From contig OX597815.1 of the NCBI GenBank assembly GCA_951406725.2, positions 79,670,001-79,734,000 on the forward strand: a stretch of 64,000 bases of DNA, given 5' to 3'. How positions within the stretch are numbered: the stretch's first letter is position 1; each line of letters opens with the position of its first letter. Source of the DNA: Octopus vulgaris. Taxonomy: Eukaryota. The notes below the pieces were generated by a model, which was given only the letters and a program-made list of their open reading frames with translations, ran no database searches and had not been told where the DNA came from. A program made the translations under genes and the position numbers. This document shows positions 1 through 14,752 of this stretch, piece after piece.

Positions 1-1331
1 GTAGATATCTCGACGTAATAACGACAAATTATTAAACATTTCAAGTTCAAACCTACAACATATTATCTAGAAGGAAACTATATTTTGTGCTACGCGAGTG
101 ACAAATTTTGCTACAAACAGAAACAAAAATCTGTAAGTGCATTGTAGATACCTTATACACACACACGCGCACATGCACACACACACACACACACACACAC
201 TCTGCAAATCATGAAGAAAGTGTCAACAAGCGTCTGGCACATTGCTTTTGGATACCCAATCTTGGTACAAAGCTTTGTATACACAGAAATGACAAATTCA
301 GATGCTAAACATATTGAAATCTCTGAATGTCTTATAGAATCCTCTTATAACAAACATAAACTGCAATAACTATTATAAGTAACATTATACCCATATTCTA
401 AGACATCGCCTCTCACTGATACAAAAAACAAAGAAAATCATTCAGTTAGATATTATTGATGAAGACACTCGCATAAATATCGTCTTTTACTAATATGTAT
501 ATCAAACTCAAAAGATTATCTAAAAATATGATCTGAAAATAGAGTGAAACAAAATGCAAAGGGATTGAAAACAGAAGCGGCTTTATAATGAGATCACTGG
601 AAGTGATATAGTAAGTAATATGTTAACAGGATATCGTACATATTATGTACACAGCACACAAATTATGGCATTACTAGGTACTGGACACATTACATTGAAT
701 TTTATAAATACAATGAAAGCACACACATACACACACACACACATATGCACGTACTCACATACAAGTAAGGACACACATACAAGTAAGGACACACATACAA
801 GTAAGGACACACATACACTACTACAACAATAACATTACTACTACTACTACTACTACTACTAGTAGTAGTAGTAGTAGTAGAACTGCTGCTGGTGTTGATG
901 ATGGTGATGATAGCGCCGATTTAATTGCCATAAGGGACACGTTTTTACAAGGGTTTTAACAACAATAATATAATAATGAGATCGATAATAACAATAATTA
1001 CAATAATTGGAGGAATAACAACAGCAACAACAAAAATAATGAAATTGACAACAATAGAAATATTAGCCTACTCTGTTAATATTATGTGACATATTTGCTC
1101 TTATATATAAGCGTAGGCTTCGATTTGCGCTAATGTTTAAGGAATGAAGGGGCAAGAGGAAGAAACAAAACAAAACAAATAAAAGGCAAATGTACAGAAA
1201 GTGAATAATAAAATAATAATAATAATAACAACAACAACAATAATAATAATGATAATAATAATGATAATGATAATAATAATAATGATAATAATAATGATAA
1301 TAATAATAATGATAATAATGACAAGAATAAC

Positions 1332-1396
<65 letters not shown>

Positions 1397-2582
1397 GAAG
1401 AAGAAGAAGAAGAAGAAGAGAGAGAGTATGGGAAAGAAAGAAGAAAAGGATGAAAGAGGGAGAGTGAAAGAGAGAGAGAGAGTTAAGCAGAGGAAGCTGG
1501 ATTCATGACTTCCTTCAGAATATTTGCTTCCTTTAAGCCTCCACCACCCGAGACCTGACTATATTAGCGAAACAGAAATGTGATAAGATTGCTAGCACTT
1601 TACATTTAGAATTATCTTTGCTTGTCCATACATTTTTGGAAAGAACCCAATTACTGCTTCTGGAAATACCTTAATCGATTCCACTTAAGCATTGTAGGAG
1701 ATAATCCTAGGATTTACTTTCTAAATAAATATTTGGATCAAGATGGGATTCTATGGTTATTTAGCTATTTATTCCAATCACTTAATGTGTCCATTGCCTG
1801 CAAAAGGCAGAGGAGAAAAAAAGGTAAGGTTTTATTAAAAGTAAATTAGCTCGAGCCATTTAACGTGATATAGTTGATTGGCTGTATTGTTTTTATTCTT
1901 GTTCTCCTGGTTCTTGTTGTTATGGTGATCTTTCTCTTCTTACTTTTACTGTGCTTGTTCTTATTGTTTTTGAATATATTGTTTGGTGGTGGAAATGGAG
2001 GCAATTAAAGATGTGAGGATGTGAAGAAGATGGGTTAGGAGGTAATGAAAATAGTTGTAATGGTAGAGTGTTATACTAGAATACTTCAAATTATTTGGTT
2101 CGTGATCTATACATTCTGAGTTCAAATTCTGCCGAGTGCTACGTTGTCGTTCGATATTCCAAAGTCAATAAAATAACATCTATTTGGATACTGTACCAAT
2201 CCAAGCAAAAATATCCCTCTCGCCAACTCCTACAATAATTGGTACTTAGTTTGAGATAGGTAACCACTGCTGTGTATGTTATCATTGTAGTTGTTTAGTT
2301 GTTAAGGCAACTCGGTTTCTTTACAGTTTAAGCACCTCAGATAATCTAAACTACTACCCTCGATGCACATGATTAACAGAGCCGTATCAGTCCAGAAAGG
2401 TTCCACAAGTAAGTGGTCATTCACACTACAGCCTCAAACTACAGAAGTCCCTTTTTACATGCTTCTATCGCAAAACCTTTTTTTTTTTTCCCAGAATGGT
2501 TTCTATCAACCAGAAGCTCTGAGACTCAGCAATGTATGCTCACAAACTTGTTTCTGAAATAAGCCTTGGTAATTCTAAAGTA

Positions 2583-3126
2583 CAGCGATACCTCACTTTA
2601 CGGGGACCCGCTTTACGAGACCCCGGGCTTACGAGTTTTTATTTTATAATAAATATAAAAAGGTTAAACAGCTAAGATCCATATTTTGAACGAAAGCAAA
2701 AGTTTCTACTACCATAAGAAATGCTTCTGCGTGTAACCGAGAAATTTATGGAGAACGAAAAAAAGCTTCTTCTAAGCAAACAACTCTACAAGTCCGTCTA
2801 CGAGAGCTTATGAATCGGTGATCACGTCTACAAATGTGTGCAAGTCTAGTGTGAGTGAAAGTGATTCAGAAAGCTATAATAATAATATTTTTTATTATAA
2901 ATGATCTTGACATTCTTTTTTACTTTACATAAAATATTCTTTACATTCCACTGTTATTTTTTTGCCATTTATTTATGAGTATTATAAATTTTATCAGTAA
3001 AATATTTTTCTAGGAACGAATTACGATTTATAGCATTGCTACTATGGGAAATTATTGCCCCACTTTTTGAGGTTTTGCTTTACGAGCGGTCTCCAGGAAC
3101 AAATTAACTTGTATATCCAGGTATTA
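2583..3126. mobile_element. Tigger/pogo-like (TcMar) MITE, degenerate
   Basis: Starts TA|CAGCGATACCTCACTTTACG and ends ...GCTTTACGAGCGGTCTCCAGGAACAAATTAACTTGTATATCCAGGTATT. Both resemble Tigger-type terminal and subterminal motifs; the right end is decayed. Confidence 0.55.
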
Positions 3127-3787
3127 ATTTAATTCTTGAGATTTAATCCTTTTCGCACGCATTAAGGAAAAGACCTAAATAATTGGTTTGCTGTTGTTAT
3201 GGTGTCATTATTTTAAACTGTTCGTGGAAGAAGATATATAGATATAATGAGACAGGTATAAGTAATTCTTGTATTCCTACCGCCACGCATATTTGTAATG
3301 TAACGTAGCGTACAGTGTAATCTAAATGTAAAGTGTAGCTAGTGTATGTAGTCTATCGTAGTGTAGATAGTATAGTATAGGGTAGTATTTTGAATGTATA
3401 GTGAAGTGTAGCCTTAAGTAATAATATAGTTTTGTAGTTAAATAGTGAAAACTAACTTTTAAGTGTAGTGTTTTAAAAGGAAAGGTAACAGGTAATGTTG
3501 CACACAAAAAAATTATTGCTCAGAATAGTCGCCATATTACTCTACTCTGACTTCACATTCCTATTAATATAAAATTTGAAGTGGTAATATTTTTATACTC
3601 ATGACTATACACCGTTAGTAATATGATGTTTAAAGCGGTCGAAATAGTTTTATACTCCGAGTATATCTTCCAAGTAATATGTTAATTGGAATGGTCACAG
3701 TATGTTTAAATTGCACAAGTTTATATTAATGTTTCAAAATATCAATCCACACCGAAGTTCTAATATTTCTGTATCAAATATTTTCTT

Positions 3788-3905
3788 GTGATCACGTGAC
3801 CGACCAGGCTATCAGATGTTCTTACACATCGCTGGCCACAATGCGTTTTGCATTGTTTTGACCTTCACATGACGTCACCTCACTGGCTAGGCAAGCAAGC
3901 CAACA
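3788..3905 (-). mobile_element. SINE 3' fragment (same family as 23991-24284)
   Basis: Reverse complement matches the tail ...GCATTGTGACCAGCGATGTGTA...CATCTGAT...TGGTCGGTCACGTGATCAC seen at 24230-24284 and 25100-25160. Confidence 0.7.
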
Positions 3906-4538
3906 TTCCTCACCGATAGTGTTTCATTTTTGGCAAATCATTCGAAGTGCACTTTCTTTGACAATGTTTCACATTCTTGGCCAAAACGCTTAATTCTCAG
4001 TGTCTGAGTCCACTCAGAGTGGAATGGTTCTTCGGTGCAATCCTCATAATTCTCAACAGCAAACGAGTAACAATGACAAAACGACAGATATTCGCAAAGC
4101 GTTGTATGTTGGGTTCGTTTACTGTGAAAAGTAGAGAAATGCTTTCTTGAGAACTCCCTTTTGTTATACATTAAGCCTCATCCAAAACGACGGTATCTTT
4201 TCTTCTGAAAGAATACCTTCGTATATTATACATTCATTAACTTAAGAAACAAGAGAGCTTCTATACAATCGCTCTATTTGTTAGAAACAGCCGCCTTCAA
4301 TTCACACTCTACTATCAATAGGGCAGGGACTCCGTGAAAAATGTGATACACTACGCACACTTTCTGTGAAAGAAACAAAATATAACAGAAAGAATGATCA
4401 TTTCTTGAACACCTTTGATCGAAGATCTGATGGATAAGGGCTGTTTTGGGACTTAAAAATTGGTTTTAAGCTTGAGGTAAGAAGTGAGAACCGTTAAGAA
4501 TGTGAAGCTGTAAAGTGAAGTGCAGTAACAAAATATAG

Positions 4539-5190
4539 GGATCTTTGCTTTTTGACTTACAGATTTAAAAAACATTTTTTTTTTAACTAAACACTTTCAA
4601 ACTTCGGACACTGGTACAATGTGTCATATAAAACATCTTTTACTCTTAGCATTTTTGAAAAAAAAACTTATATTTACGAAGTTATTTCACGTTAAAGTTC
4701 TCGTATTTCGGTAATTTCAACCAATCAATGACGTGTATTCAGCTGAATAAAATTACTGCCGTTGTTTGTCAACAACAACTATCCGCGGTGTATTTTTCGT
4801 TTGTCACTGTTATTCATGACATCGTTCGTGCCTTTGTACTGGTTTTAAGGTTTTGGGGTTAGGGTTTTAGGGTTAGGATTAGGGTTAAGGTTTTAGGGTT
4901 AGGGTTAGGGTTGTCATAAATAACAGTGTCAAACGAATATACACCGCCGGAAGTTCTTGTTGACAAACAACAGCAGTAATTTTATTCAGCTGAATACACG
5001 TCATTGATTGGTTGAAATTACTGAAATACGAGAACTTTAACGTGAAATAACTTCGTAAATATAAGTTTTTCTCAAAAATGCTAAAAGTAAAAGATGTTTT
5101 ATAAGACACATTCTACCAGTGTCCGAAGTTTGAAAGTGTTTAGTTACAAAAAAATATTTTTTAAATCTGTAGGTCAAAAGGTAAAGATCC
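4539..5190. mobile_element. Foldback MITE with ~280-bp inverted arms around a (TTAGGG)n-like core
   Basis: Termini GGATCTTT...AAAGATCC. Arms 4539-~4820 and ~4910-5190 are reverse complements. The centre, 4845-4911, is degenerate TTAGGG repeat. Confidence 0.85.
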
Positions 5191-6018
5191 CAAAATTGTT
5201 ATAACGAACGTTAATATTGGTAGTGTCAAGCTTAAAGGTTCCGATTTGTTTTTGGGATCTCTTGATTCCGTTTTCAAATCTTCCCAAGCTATACTTCGTC
5301 GCTCAACACTCCAGGGCCAATAAAACAACTTTCATTTGTTTACTGCATCGATTCTATTCATTTCACTCTATTTTTCTCCTCTCACATTACCACAACATTT
5401 TATTTAGTGGTTGAGGCAGTGAGTCACTATCGTATGGGAATTGAAACCTAGTCTCGATATCTGCTTGCTGACAGCTCACGAAATCGTGACTTAAATATAA
5501 ACATAGTAACAAAAGGAAAGCGTGTGTCAGTGTATATGTGTGAATGTGTATGTACATCTTTACATATGTGCATATCTGTGTTTGTGTGTGTATGTGCATG
5601 TTTGCATGTGCGCATATCTGTGATTGTGAGTGTATGTATGTGCATGTTTGCGTGTGTGCATATCTGTGTTTGTGTGTGCTTGTATTAATCAGACTTCTAT
5701 GCACAGTTTGAGACACTTGATCGTCTGCTAAACTAACCTGATTGCTTCGTAGCGACTCTAAACTGTTGAATAGATTCAAACTTATCAAGTTACTAGTGAC
5801 TAATTAGAAAAAATTATTAGTTCTCTTGTTATCTTTCACTTTTATGTCACCGTTGGTCATGTTTAGCCATTTATGTTAGGACAGACATGGAACACACACA
5901 CAAACACAAACTGATACGCTTTTAAAGAGAACACATCCATCATTCATTCTTCTCCACACAATTTGCTATATTTATCCATATAGTAGTAGTTGTTATTAAC
6001 ATCATCGCCGTCGACGTC

Positions 6019-6081
<63 letters not shown>

Positions 6082-6109
6082 GTTGTTGTTCTTGATGTTA
6101 TTATTATTA

Positions 6110-6189
<80 letters not shown>

Positions 6190-6729
6190 GTTGTTGTTAT
6201 TATTATTATGTGTGAGTGAAATTGAATAACGTAGTCTTGGTGACAGCTCTCTTTTTTAAACTGTGTGACACATTCGAAGCAAAGAAGATATGAAATCAGA
6301 AATAGTAGACTGTTGGATAAGCAACATGATGTCTAATTGAGTGATACATACATACATACATACATACATACATACATACATACATACATACATACATACA
6401 TACATACATACATACATACATACATACATACATACATACATACATACATACATACATACATACATACATTACATACATATATACGTACGTACATACACAC
6501 ATACATATATATATATATACATACGTAATATGTACACACATACGTATATATACATACGTATATATACATACGTATATATACATACGTATATATACATACG
6601 TAGGTACGTATATACATACATACGTACGTACGTACATATATACATACTTATCCACATATACGGATATTCTCGTATCCGAGAATTTAATTTCATCTTTGTT
6701 GAACGCTTCCTTTATTTCCTTTATGAAGA

Positions 6730-7210
6730 TAGTGTTGATGACTGTAGACCAATTCTTGCACGAAAGAGTCGATGGCATTGATTGTATGGTAATTGTATGG
6801 TCGATTTGCCGAGCCCTTCTTTCATGTTGTTTGATGTCCTCCTTTTCTCTTCTGGTGGCTTCGAAGTTTTTGGTTCTGTTGGTGATGGAACACCGCCGGT
6901 GGCACGGTCTGGGGCTTATGTTTCAAGCGATTTATGCTCAAGTCCAGTGGCTTTCAGTGTTGTTTTGAGTTGGTCCTTGTACCTTCGAAGAGGGCTACCC
7001 ATGGAAGTAAGCTTGCTGAAAAGGACTTGGCGTAGCAGCCTTGTCTCTTCCATTGTTGCTACATGTCCTGACCATGTTTTATGACCGGTGTTTTATGGCC
7101 AGCGATTCGATGCTTTGACTGTTGGCTCTTTCCAGGTCTTTGTTGTTGGTTACATAGTATTCCTATTTTTATGTTCAAGACTGAAGAAAGTTTTTGCTGG
7201 TGAAAAGCGT
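6730..7210 (-). mobile_element. RTE-clade LINE 3' fragment (decayed RT C-terminus)
   Basis: Minus-strand translation fragments WSGHVATMEETRLLRQVLF, PLRRYKDQLKTTLK and CHRLFRARIGL match the RTE ORF C-terminal pattern, with stops and frameshifts. Confidence 0.75.
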
Positions 7211-7369
7211 TCTAATTTATATATATTAATATTAATTCAGAAATATACATCAAATTACTAATTTTCTTGGACGTTGTTTGGGAGCCGTCGTTAAGCCGAA
7301 AAATATATCCATGTTGGATTGAAATTTTATAAAATGCAGTTTTCTAAATGAATAATACGCACACACACG

Positions 7370-7403
<34 letters not shown>

Positions 7404-7814
7404 ACTCACATAGAAATACTCGCGTACATACACACATGCATACGTACGTACGCGTGTGTATTTCTGTGTGTGTACCGAAAAATAATTTGTTTACCACGTA
7501 AGTAGAAGTATAAAAAAGGAAAGTTGAAATGCGTCAAGAGGCTTTAAGATTTATTTAAATTAACTTAACCTGTTTCATAATTTCATGAATTTTAGAAGTA
7601 GTGTTTGATCGAGGAATCTGGGGCGCTACGGCATTTATCTCGTCTCTGACCAGAGTTTGAAAGTTAGTTTCCTTTTATGGAGAAATTATGACTCAAATGG
7701 TTATTACTAGAGATACAGTTTGATTAGTTGAAATCAGTCAAAGAATTACGTTACCTCATCGTTATGTCTGTGCATTAGATTCATGTAACTGTTTGAATAA
7801 TAACTGCATCCAGG

Positions 7815-8141
7815 GAGTTATGTTCGCGTGATAAAAGAGCACAAAGGAAAAGGTACAAGGATTCTGTCAAGGAATCCCTCGGCGCCTGCTACATTGATCA
7901 CCACCAGTAGTCTAATGTTGTCGCTGGCCGTGAAGCCTGACATCTCACTATTCACCGAGCCACAGCCTTCCCTGAAGATACCTGCAGCCAAGAGAAAAGA
8001 GAGTGAAAACAAGAACACTATGATCAGCCTTGACCATCCCACGTTGGTATCTGTGGACATGCCTGCTTGTCTCGAATCAGACATGTCAAGCATGAGCAAT
8101 AGACACCCGTAAGTCTTCGTTCGTGAAGCGAAGCCAAGAAG
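7815..8141 (+). mobile_element. RTE-clade LINE 3' end fragment
   Basis: Plus-strand QRKRYKDSVKESLGACYID...ICGHACLSRIRHVKHE (C-terminal Zn-finger-like motif), ending in GCCAAGAAG next to (AT)n. Confidence 0.7.
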
Positions 8142-8148
8142 ATATATG

Positions 8149-8190
<42 letters not shown>

Positions 8191-9286
8191 TTGCTGGGCA
8201 ATTTTTACAATAGAATGTCTTATATAAATTTTTATTTATTCCATGTCAGAGCATCCCTTCCTCGAGAGATAGGCAGATTTGTGCAATTTTTCAGATAGGA
8301 CAGATAGGACAGATTTGTTTAATTTTTCACCAAAAACCTTCGTTGAGGATTTTTTTTTTACCTTTTTAGATTATTTACATGACTGTTCGACCTTTTCACA
8401 TGGCTATATTCATTAAAACTTCAGTTCTTACAGCTTTGGCCGTCGTAATGCTTTGCTTTCGTTTGTTTAATAAAAATCCCTCTTTCTCATATTTTGCTTT
8501 CATTTCGTGATAGACAGCCATCATGCAGGTATCACGCAGAAAATGGCAGCTATCGCGCAGCCATTATACAGAAAATGCCAGCTTCCAAATCCTGTTTTCT
8601 GATTAGGTAAAATTGATTAAACTTTAAACTTCAGTAACATTTTCGTGCACTTTTCTGAAACAAATAAATAACAAAATAGGATTTAACGTAGAAAATTATT
8701 TCACTTTACCAAATTTGAAAATGTTGACGTAAGCTTAAAATCTCATAATGTAACAGCAACAGGGAAGACAATACAAAAGTAGAGACAGACAGTTATAGGC
8801 CGTCCAACACACATATACACACACACACATGCACGTACATTTACAAACGTACACAGATAATCGCAAATTTAAAATGGTGTATAGAAGACATATATATATA
8901 TATATTTATATATATATATATATAAAAATATATATGTACGTATGCATGTATGCACGTGCGTATGTATGCAGCGTCGTGTGTATATGACAGCTGTATTAAC
9001 GTCACATCCCATTGCCACCGTTTTTCTACCTTCACTGTTATAAGTTATCCTGTAGCTACCTCTCCTTCTGATTAATACTTTTTGCAAATTTCTCATTTCA
9101 TCATATGATTCGCCCAATGTCCCTGGGGGATACATAATAGATTTTTATTTAATCCAATTAGTCTATTATTGAACTGGATGTTAGTGTAACATGTACGCAA
9201 ACTTTCATGAATATTGGTTTGCCGGTTTTAGCACTAAGATGGTAACAGTCAGCCAGCCATAAATTGGCATTTATATATTAATATAC

Positions 9287-9360
<74 letters not shown>

Positions 9361-9377
9361 TTGTGTGTGTGCCGGAA

Positions 9378-9411
<34 letters not shown>

Positions 9412-10316
9412 CTGCGTATTTTAATGTTTTGTTATCAATCGTAAACGGAGTAAAATTTACATTCTTCAAAATATATGTTTGTTAGTTATTTGGATATCAC
9501 ACATACAATCGCACTAGGTACCATGTTATGCATTAGGAGAATTACAGTGAGTTAAAGGAAAAAGAATATTAAAATACACAAACACAATAGAAATATATTC
9601 ACATAGATAAGTACAATAACATCGTAAATTTTTTTCAGATACCGACTACATACGTTGGAAAAAATATCTTTTGTTTGCAATCGCTAACGTTTTATTTAAC
9701 AGCAGATCAGATACAATTTTTGAAAACTTAATAGAATACAAGTGGGTTTCAGATCCGATGGAGATTCTTTGTTTTTCATTTTTAAGCCACCACATTTTTT
9801 TGTGACATGCCCGTCTCTATGTATTCCAAGTACTTTCCGCGTTATTCAGAAACCACCACGTAATTTATATAGCTTGTTAACTTAAATAACACTTGATATA
9901 CTTGAAAAATACCAGACCTGCTTGAAGGTACAAAAGCATATACTATTACACATTAAACTGCTGTACTTAGGCATATTTTAAAATATCTTAATCCTCTTGT
10001 AAAATGGCCTGTGAAACTATAATGAAGGTTATTTAGAAAATACGTCTCTAACAGCTACAGAACAGTTATTTTCCATCTGATTGATGATTTGAGGTTTGTG
10101 ATCTATAGCATACCTCGTCTATCCGGTCTTTATTAAACTTTGCCTAATAAAATATATTGGATTTATGTTTATAGTAAATACCGATATAGAAATATAAAAA
10201 TGGATAATTTTAGATGAAAGCAGACTACGTATTGAAATTTGAAATAACTTGCGATAAAGCACTTAATAACATCATAGTCAATTAAAGGCTAAACAATATA
10301 TTCAGATTTACACCGG

Positions 10317-10355
<39 letters not shown>

Positions 10356-10617
10356 TGTGTAATATCAAACGGTGATATCTAAGACTATTGACAAACCACA
10401 AGAAATGGAAGGTTCAGGTGACATTCGATTTTACTTCAATCTACTTTGCAGGTAGAATCGAACAATAATACGTACAACACGATCACGAGACCTTGGGTTA
10501 TGTATATCCGTGTGTGCATAAATGTGAAAGTGTCTCTATGTAAATATATACATTAATACATACATACGTACGTACATTCATACATACATATCTACATTTA
10601 CATATTTACGTAAACGT

Positions 10618-10678
<61 letters not shown>

Positions 10679-11072
10679 CATATGCATATCTATGTATATA
10701 TACATATTTATATATAGATTCACACACACACACATACACACATACATGTTTATAAATATATATATATAAATTCATATTTATAAATATATATATAAATTCA
10801 TATATATGCATATATATATATGAACGTATTTATAATTATATATATATATATATATATAATATATATACAAATATATATGTATATGCATATATACATATAT
10901 ATATTTATATACATGCAAATATATTTATATATGCAAATATATATATATATATATATGAATTTATGTATATATTTATAAATATGAATGTATGTATATATAT
11001 ATATATATGTTTATATTTATAAATATGTATATATGTATATATATATAAATATGTATATATATATAGATATGC

Positions 11073-11120
<48 letters not shown>

Positions 11121-13832
11121 ATGCACATTTATAGGGAGAAAGGGGGACAGAGAGACAGACAGAGAGATAGTATTTGGCACCACTTTGTTTTCATTATATC
11201 ATTTGACACTGAGTTTCACAACAGTAATTTTGACAGAGCCATTGACACTCTGTTATGGTGAAAACAGTGGAACAAACATTTAATATTGTGCGTGACAGTT
11301 GACTGTGTGTGACGTCAAATTTGTTAAAGAAATTTTGAAATTCTAACTTGTGCAGCTGAAAAGATAAATTACTGTAGGACATAAAAAAATGTTGATTGCT
11401 ATGTTGAATAATGAGATGGTAGAATTTTTTCTGCTGTTTATGTTGTTTCACAAAATGTAACAATTATTATTGCGTCTTAAAATATGCTATGGTCTCGATA
11501 GGAATGAAACACAATGATGTTCTCGATGCATTTAACACTTCGCATATGTCTTGATCGAGCAGTACTATGATCAAAGACGTACCAGTTGTCATCAAATCAT
11601 CTTCTTGTATTGAAGACTACATTTTTAATGCAACATTTCCCCTAATTTTTTACACTTGGGGACTCTTCAAATACATTTCAAGGCTAAGTGAACTTCTACA
11701 TAAAAGTTATCATTTTTCCTTTCTTTTTCATAAAGTTTAATTTCATAAGAGATTAAACACCTCATAAAATTGTTTCTGGAAAGTTTGGTAGTGCTAAAAT
11801 CAATCAAACGCCACAAAGAGGATTTAAGAAAAATTATTAAGACAATGTTTAGAATAAATTCCCGTACAATTCTCTACTTAGAAGTAATTTTCCTGTTGGT
11901 TTTCTAACTACGAGCAGGAGCCAGCATTTTCCTGTCTCAGGGAATATATCGAGACAAAAGTATAGCTCGAAGATTCATATAATCAGCCTACTTATTACTA
12001 TTTCTTGCGGAACTTCTACCATTGTGGAGGATCCGATTGGGAGACACCGAATTAACGTGTCTTTTTTTCTTGTAAGACAGTAGTTTCATTTCAGGGAGTA
12101 TTTGATGCTATTTATAACATGTTATGATCATGTAGAAGAATATTGTGGATGGTCGAGTCATCTAAAGAGACAAACCCAATGACTACGTTGTAACCAGAAA
12201 CATAATGACGTTTTTAATACTAAAGTTATTTGCAGAAATTGTTTATAATGATATAGGTGAGGTGTTTTAAAATTACTTTTGAGCAATGCAATTAAGGGGT
12301 TTAAAAAAATATGTAATGTGATTTCAGTGACTGAAAAAAAAGGAGAAAAATATTGCTTTACATTAATATTTCGGGAAAAATCGCTTTACAACACACTTGA
12401 ATGACCTACCGATAACAATCCATTTCTTTGAACTTTTGGATTCTCTTTCTTATATTTGAAAAGGAGAATTTTCCCCGAAATATTTTAGGATCATTAAACA
12501 ACCTATGTAAGATAATGCAACATCCTTTACGTTATTTTCATTCATTAACACCACTTTACTTTTTTTGCCTAACTTTTCTAGTGCATTGCTCAAATGCTCT
12601 TTTAGACATATAGTGCTTGAAGCAAATTACAATATTTTACTTTTGTATGGCGAAATTGATTGTGATGTATTGTAGTTTCAGTGATGGTATTTATAGTGAA
12701 GTAGATGTGATTGTTTGGTGTTGTAAAGAAAATGCAAAATGTCTTCCAGTGATACTTCACGCTGGCTTCATTACGCAGATCAAAGAAATATACTTCTCCC
12801 TTCAAATTGGAAAGCATTCCAAATTAATCAGGTGAATATTTCTGATAGTTTAATGAACTAAACCAATGTAAAGTAAAGTACAATGTGTTCAGATAAAAAC
12901 AATAAACGCTTGCAGAAGAAACTAACTCATGACCCTTGATAGTTCGATAACGTATCTGTTTGGTTCATCACTGCCTTTGTTACTACTGCTGTTGTTTCGT
13001 CTTGGGTTAGCCCTCTCAATGTGTAGGTGTATAATAAAAAGTATTTAAGCCGTCTCTTCCGTATTTTTTCAGCAGTATGAAAACTAGGTAATGTATGACT
13101 TCCTTATCTAATAGTATATTGTACTATGGAGTGTGTCTACACATTTCGGCCAATACTATATATAACAGACCGGTGTAAAACCTAGTTCATATCTACGGTA
13201 TCTATGTGTACAGAAAAAAGAAGGGATAAGCAGACTGTATTGTGATTTCATCGGTGACTGAGTACCCTGTTTAACAGTCCGTGGAGGAATTGCTTTTAAA
13301 CAAATAATACAAAAAGATTAAATTGTATAGAGCAATTTGTCTATCTATAGCTTTGTGAGCAGAACAAGAAGGATCAACTGGATTGATTTCAGTCTTGCAT
13401 TAGGACTTCATCAGTGACTAACTTCTCTCTCCACCGGGACACTGCTTATGAATTTATTACTGTATAAAGCTTCAGGAAATGTGTATCTGGGATGACATTA
13501 GCGAATATATCGTTGCCTTTTTTAAGATGGTTTAATTTGAAGGAAATTTGAGTGTTATTCGTATCATGTCGATTGACTACGGGGAGGCTTGCTCGTTGGC
13601 TCGTCAAAAATGCTGTTCTTGATGTAGTTGCCGTTGTTGTTTTTGGGGATGTTGGTGGTTGGAATTGGAGATGGAATTGAATATTTAGTCATAACATGTT
13701 GAGTCTCGTACGTGTGAGTAGATTGTATACACATTCATGCGCGTACAGGCACACGCATACATGTATTTATGCATGTATATATGTATAAATGTCTGTACGT
13801 ATGTGTTTATCTGTTTGCTATCTGCATCGATC

Positions 13833-13899
<67 letters not shown>

Positions 13900-13930
13900 C
13901 TTTCTATCTCTCTCTCCCCTCTCTCTCTCT

Positions 13931-13964
<34 letters not shown>

Positions 13965-14013
13965 TATATATGTACTATACACATATATATGTACATATAT
14001 ATTTGTGCATATA

Positions 14014-14053
<40 letters not shown>

Positions 14054-14678
14054 CGTATATATATGCGCGTGTATACACACACACTCTCACTCACCCACAT
14101 ACACGTATGTGCGCATGCGTCTATGAGTCTATGTCGCTGGATGTATGCTCTTGCGTCGATTAGTTTGACGTTAAGTGTTCGTTTGTATCGTGAGCTCCAG
14201 TTTAATATTATCCGTTTAGTTTTGCATATACCTGATTCTATCATATACGTTTGTATGCGAATGTGAGTGTGCATTTGTGCATGTGTGTGTGAGTGTGAGT
14301 GTGTGTGTGTGTGTGTGTATTGTGTAAGTTTGTGTGTGTGTGTGTGTGTGCATTGTTGTACACCATATATATGTGTGTGTGTGTGTGTTTGTCTGAATGT
14401 ATCTATGTATATCTATGCACATGTATGTTTAGATGCATGCATGTGATTGCAGTTGCATGCGTGTACGCGTATATCTGAGAGAGAGAGAAGATGGGTATCG
14501 TGAGATAACCTTACCAACATTGTCGTTAACTGTGCTGGTAGACTTAGCACCTGCTTCCACTACATCAGCAACAGCAGCTGCATGCAACTGTAATTAGTAC
14601 CCGATTGGTATGGATGCTCTTAGCAGCCTCAGCAAATACAGTCACGAACATACAGTACTCTCAGCAACAACAACAACA

Positions 14679-14752
<74 letters not shown>

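Noticed and set aside
3938-4171. 77-aa ORF, possible transposase C-terminus
   Set aside because: No diagnostic motif or TIR could be confirmed.
4845-4911. True telomere or chromosome fusion site
   Set aside because: Short, degenerate and centred within a MITE.
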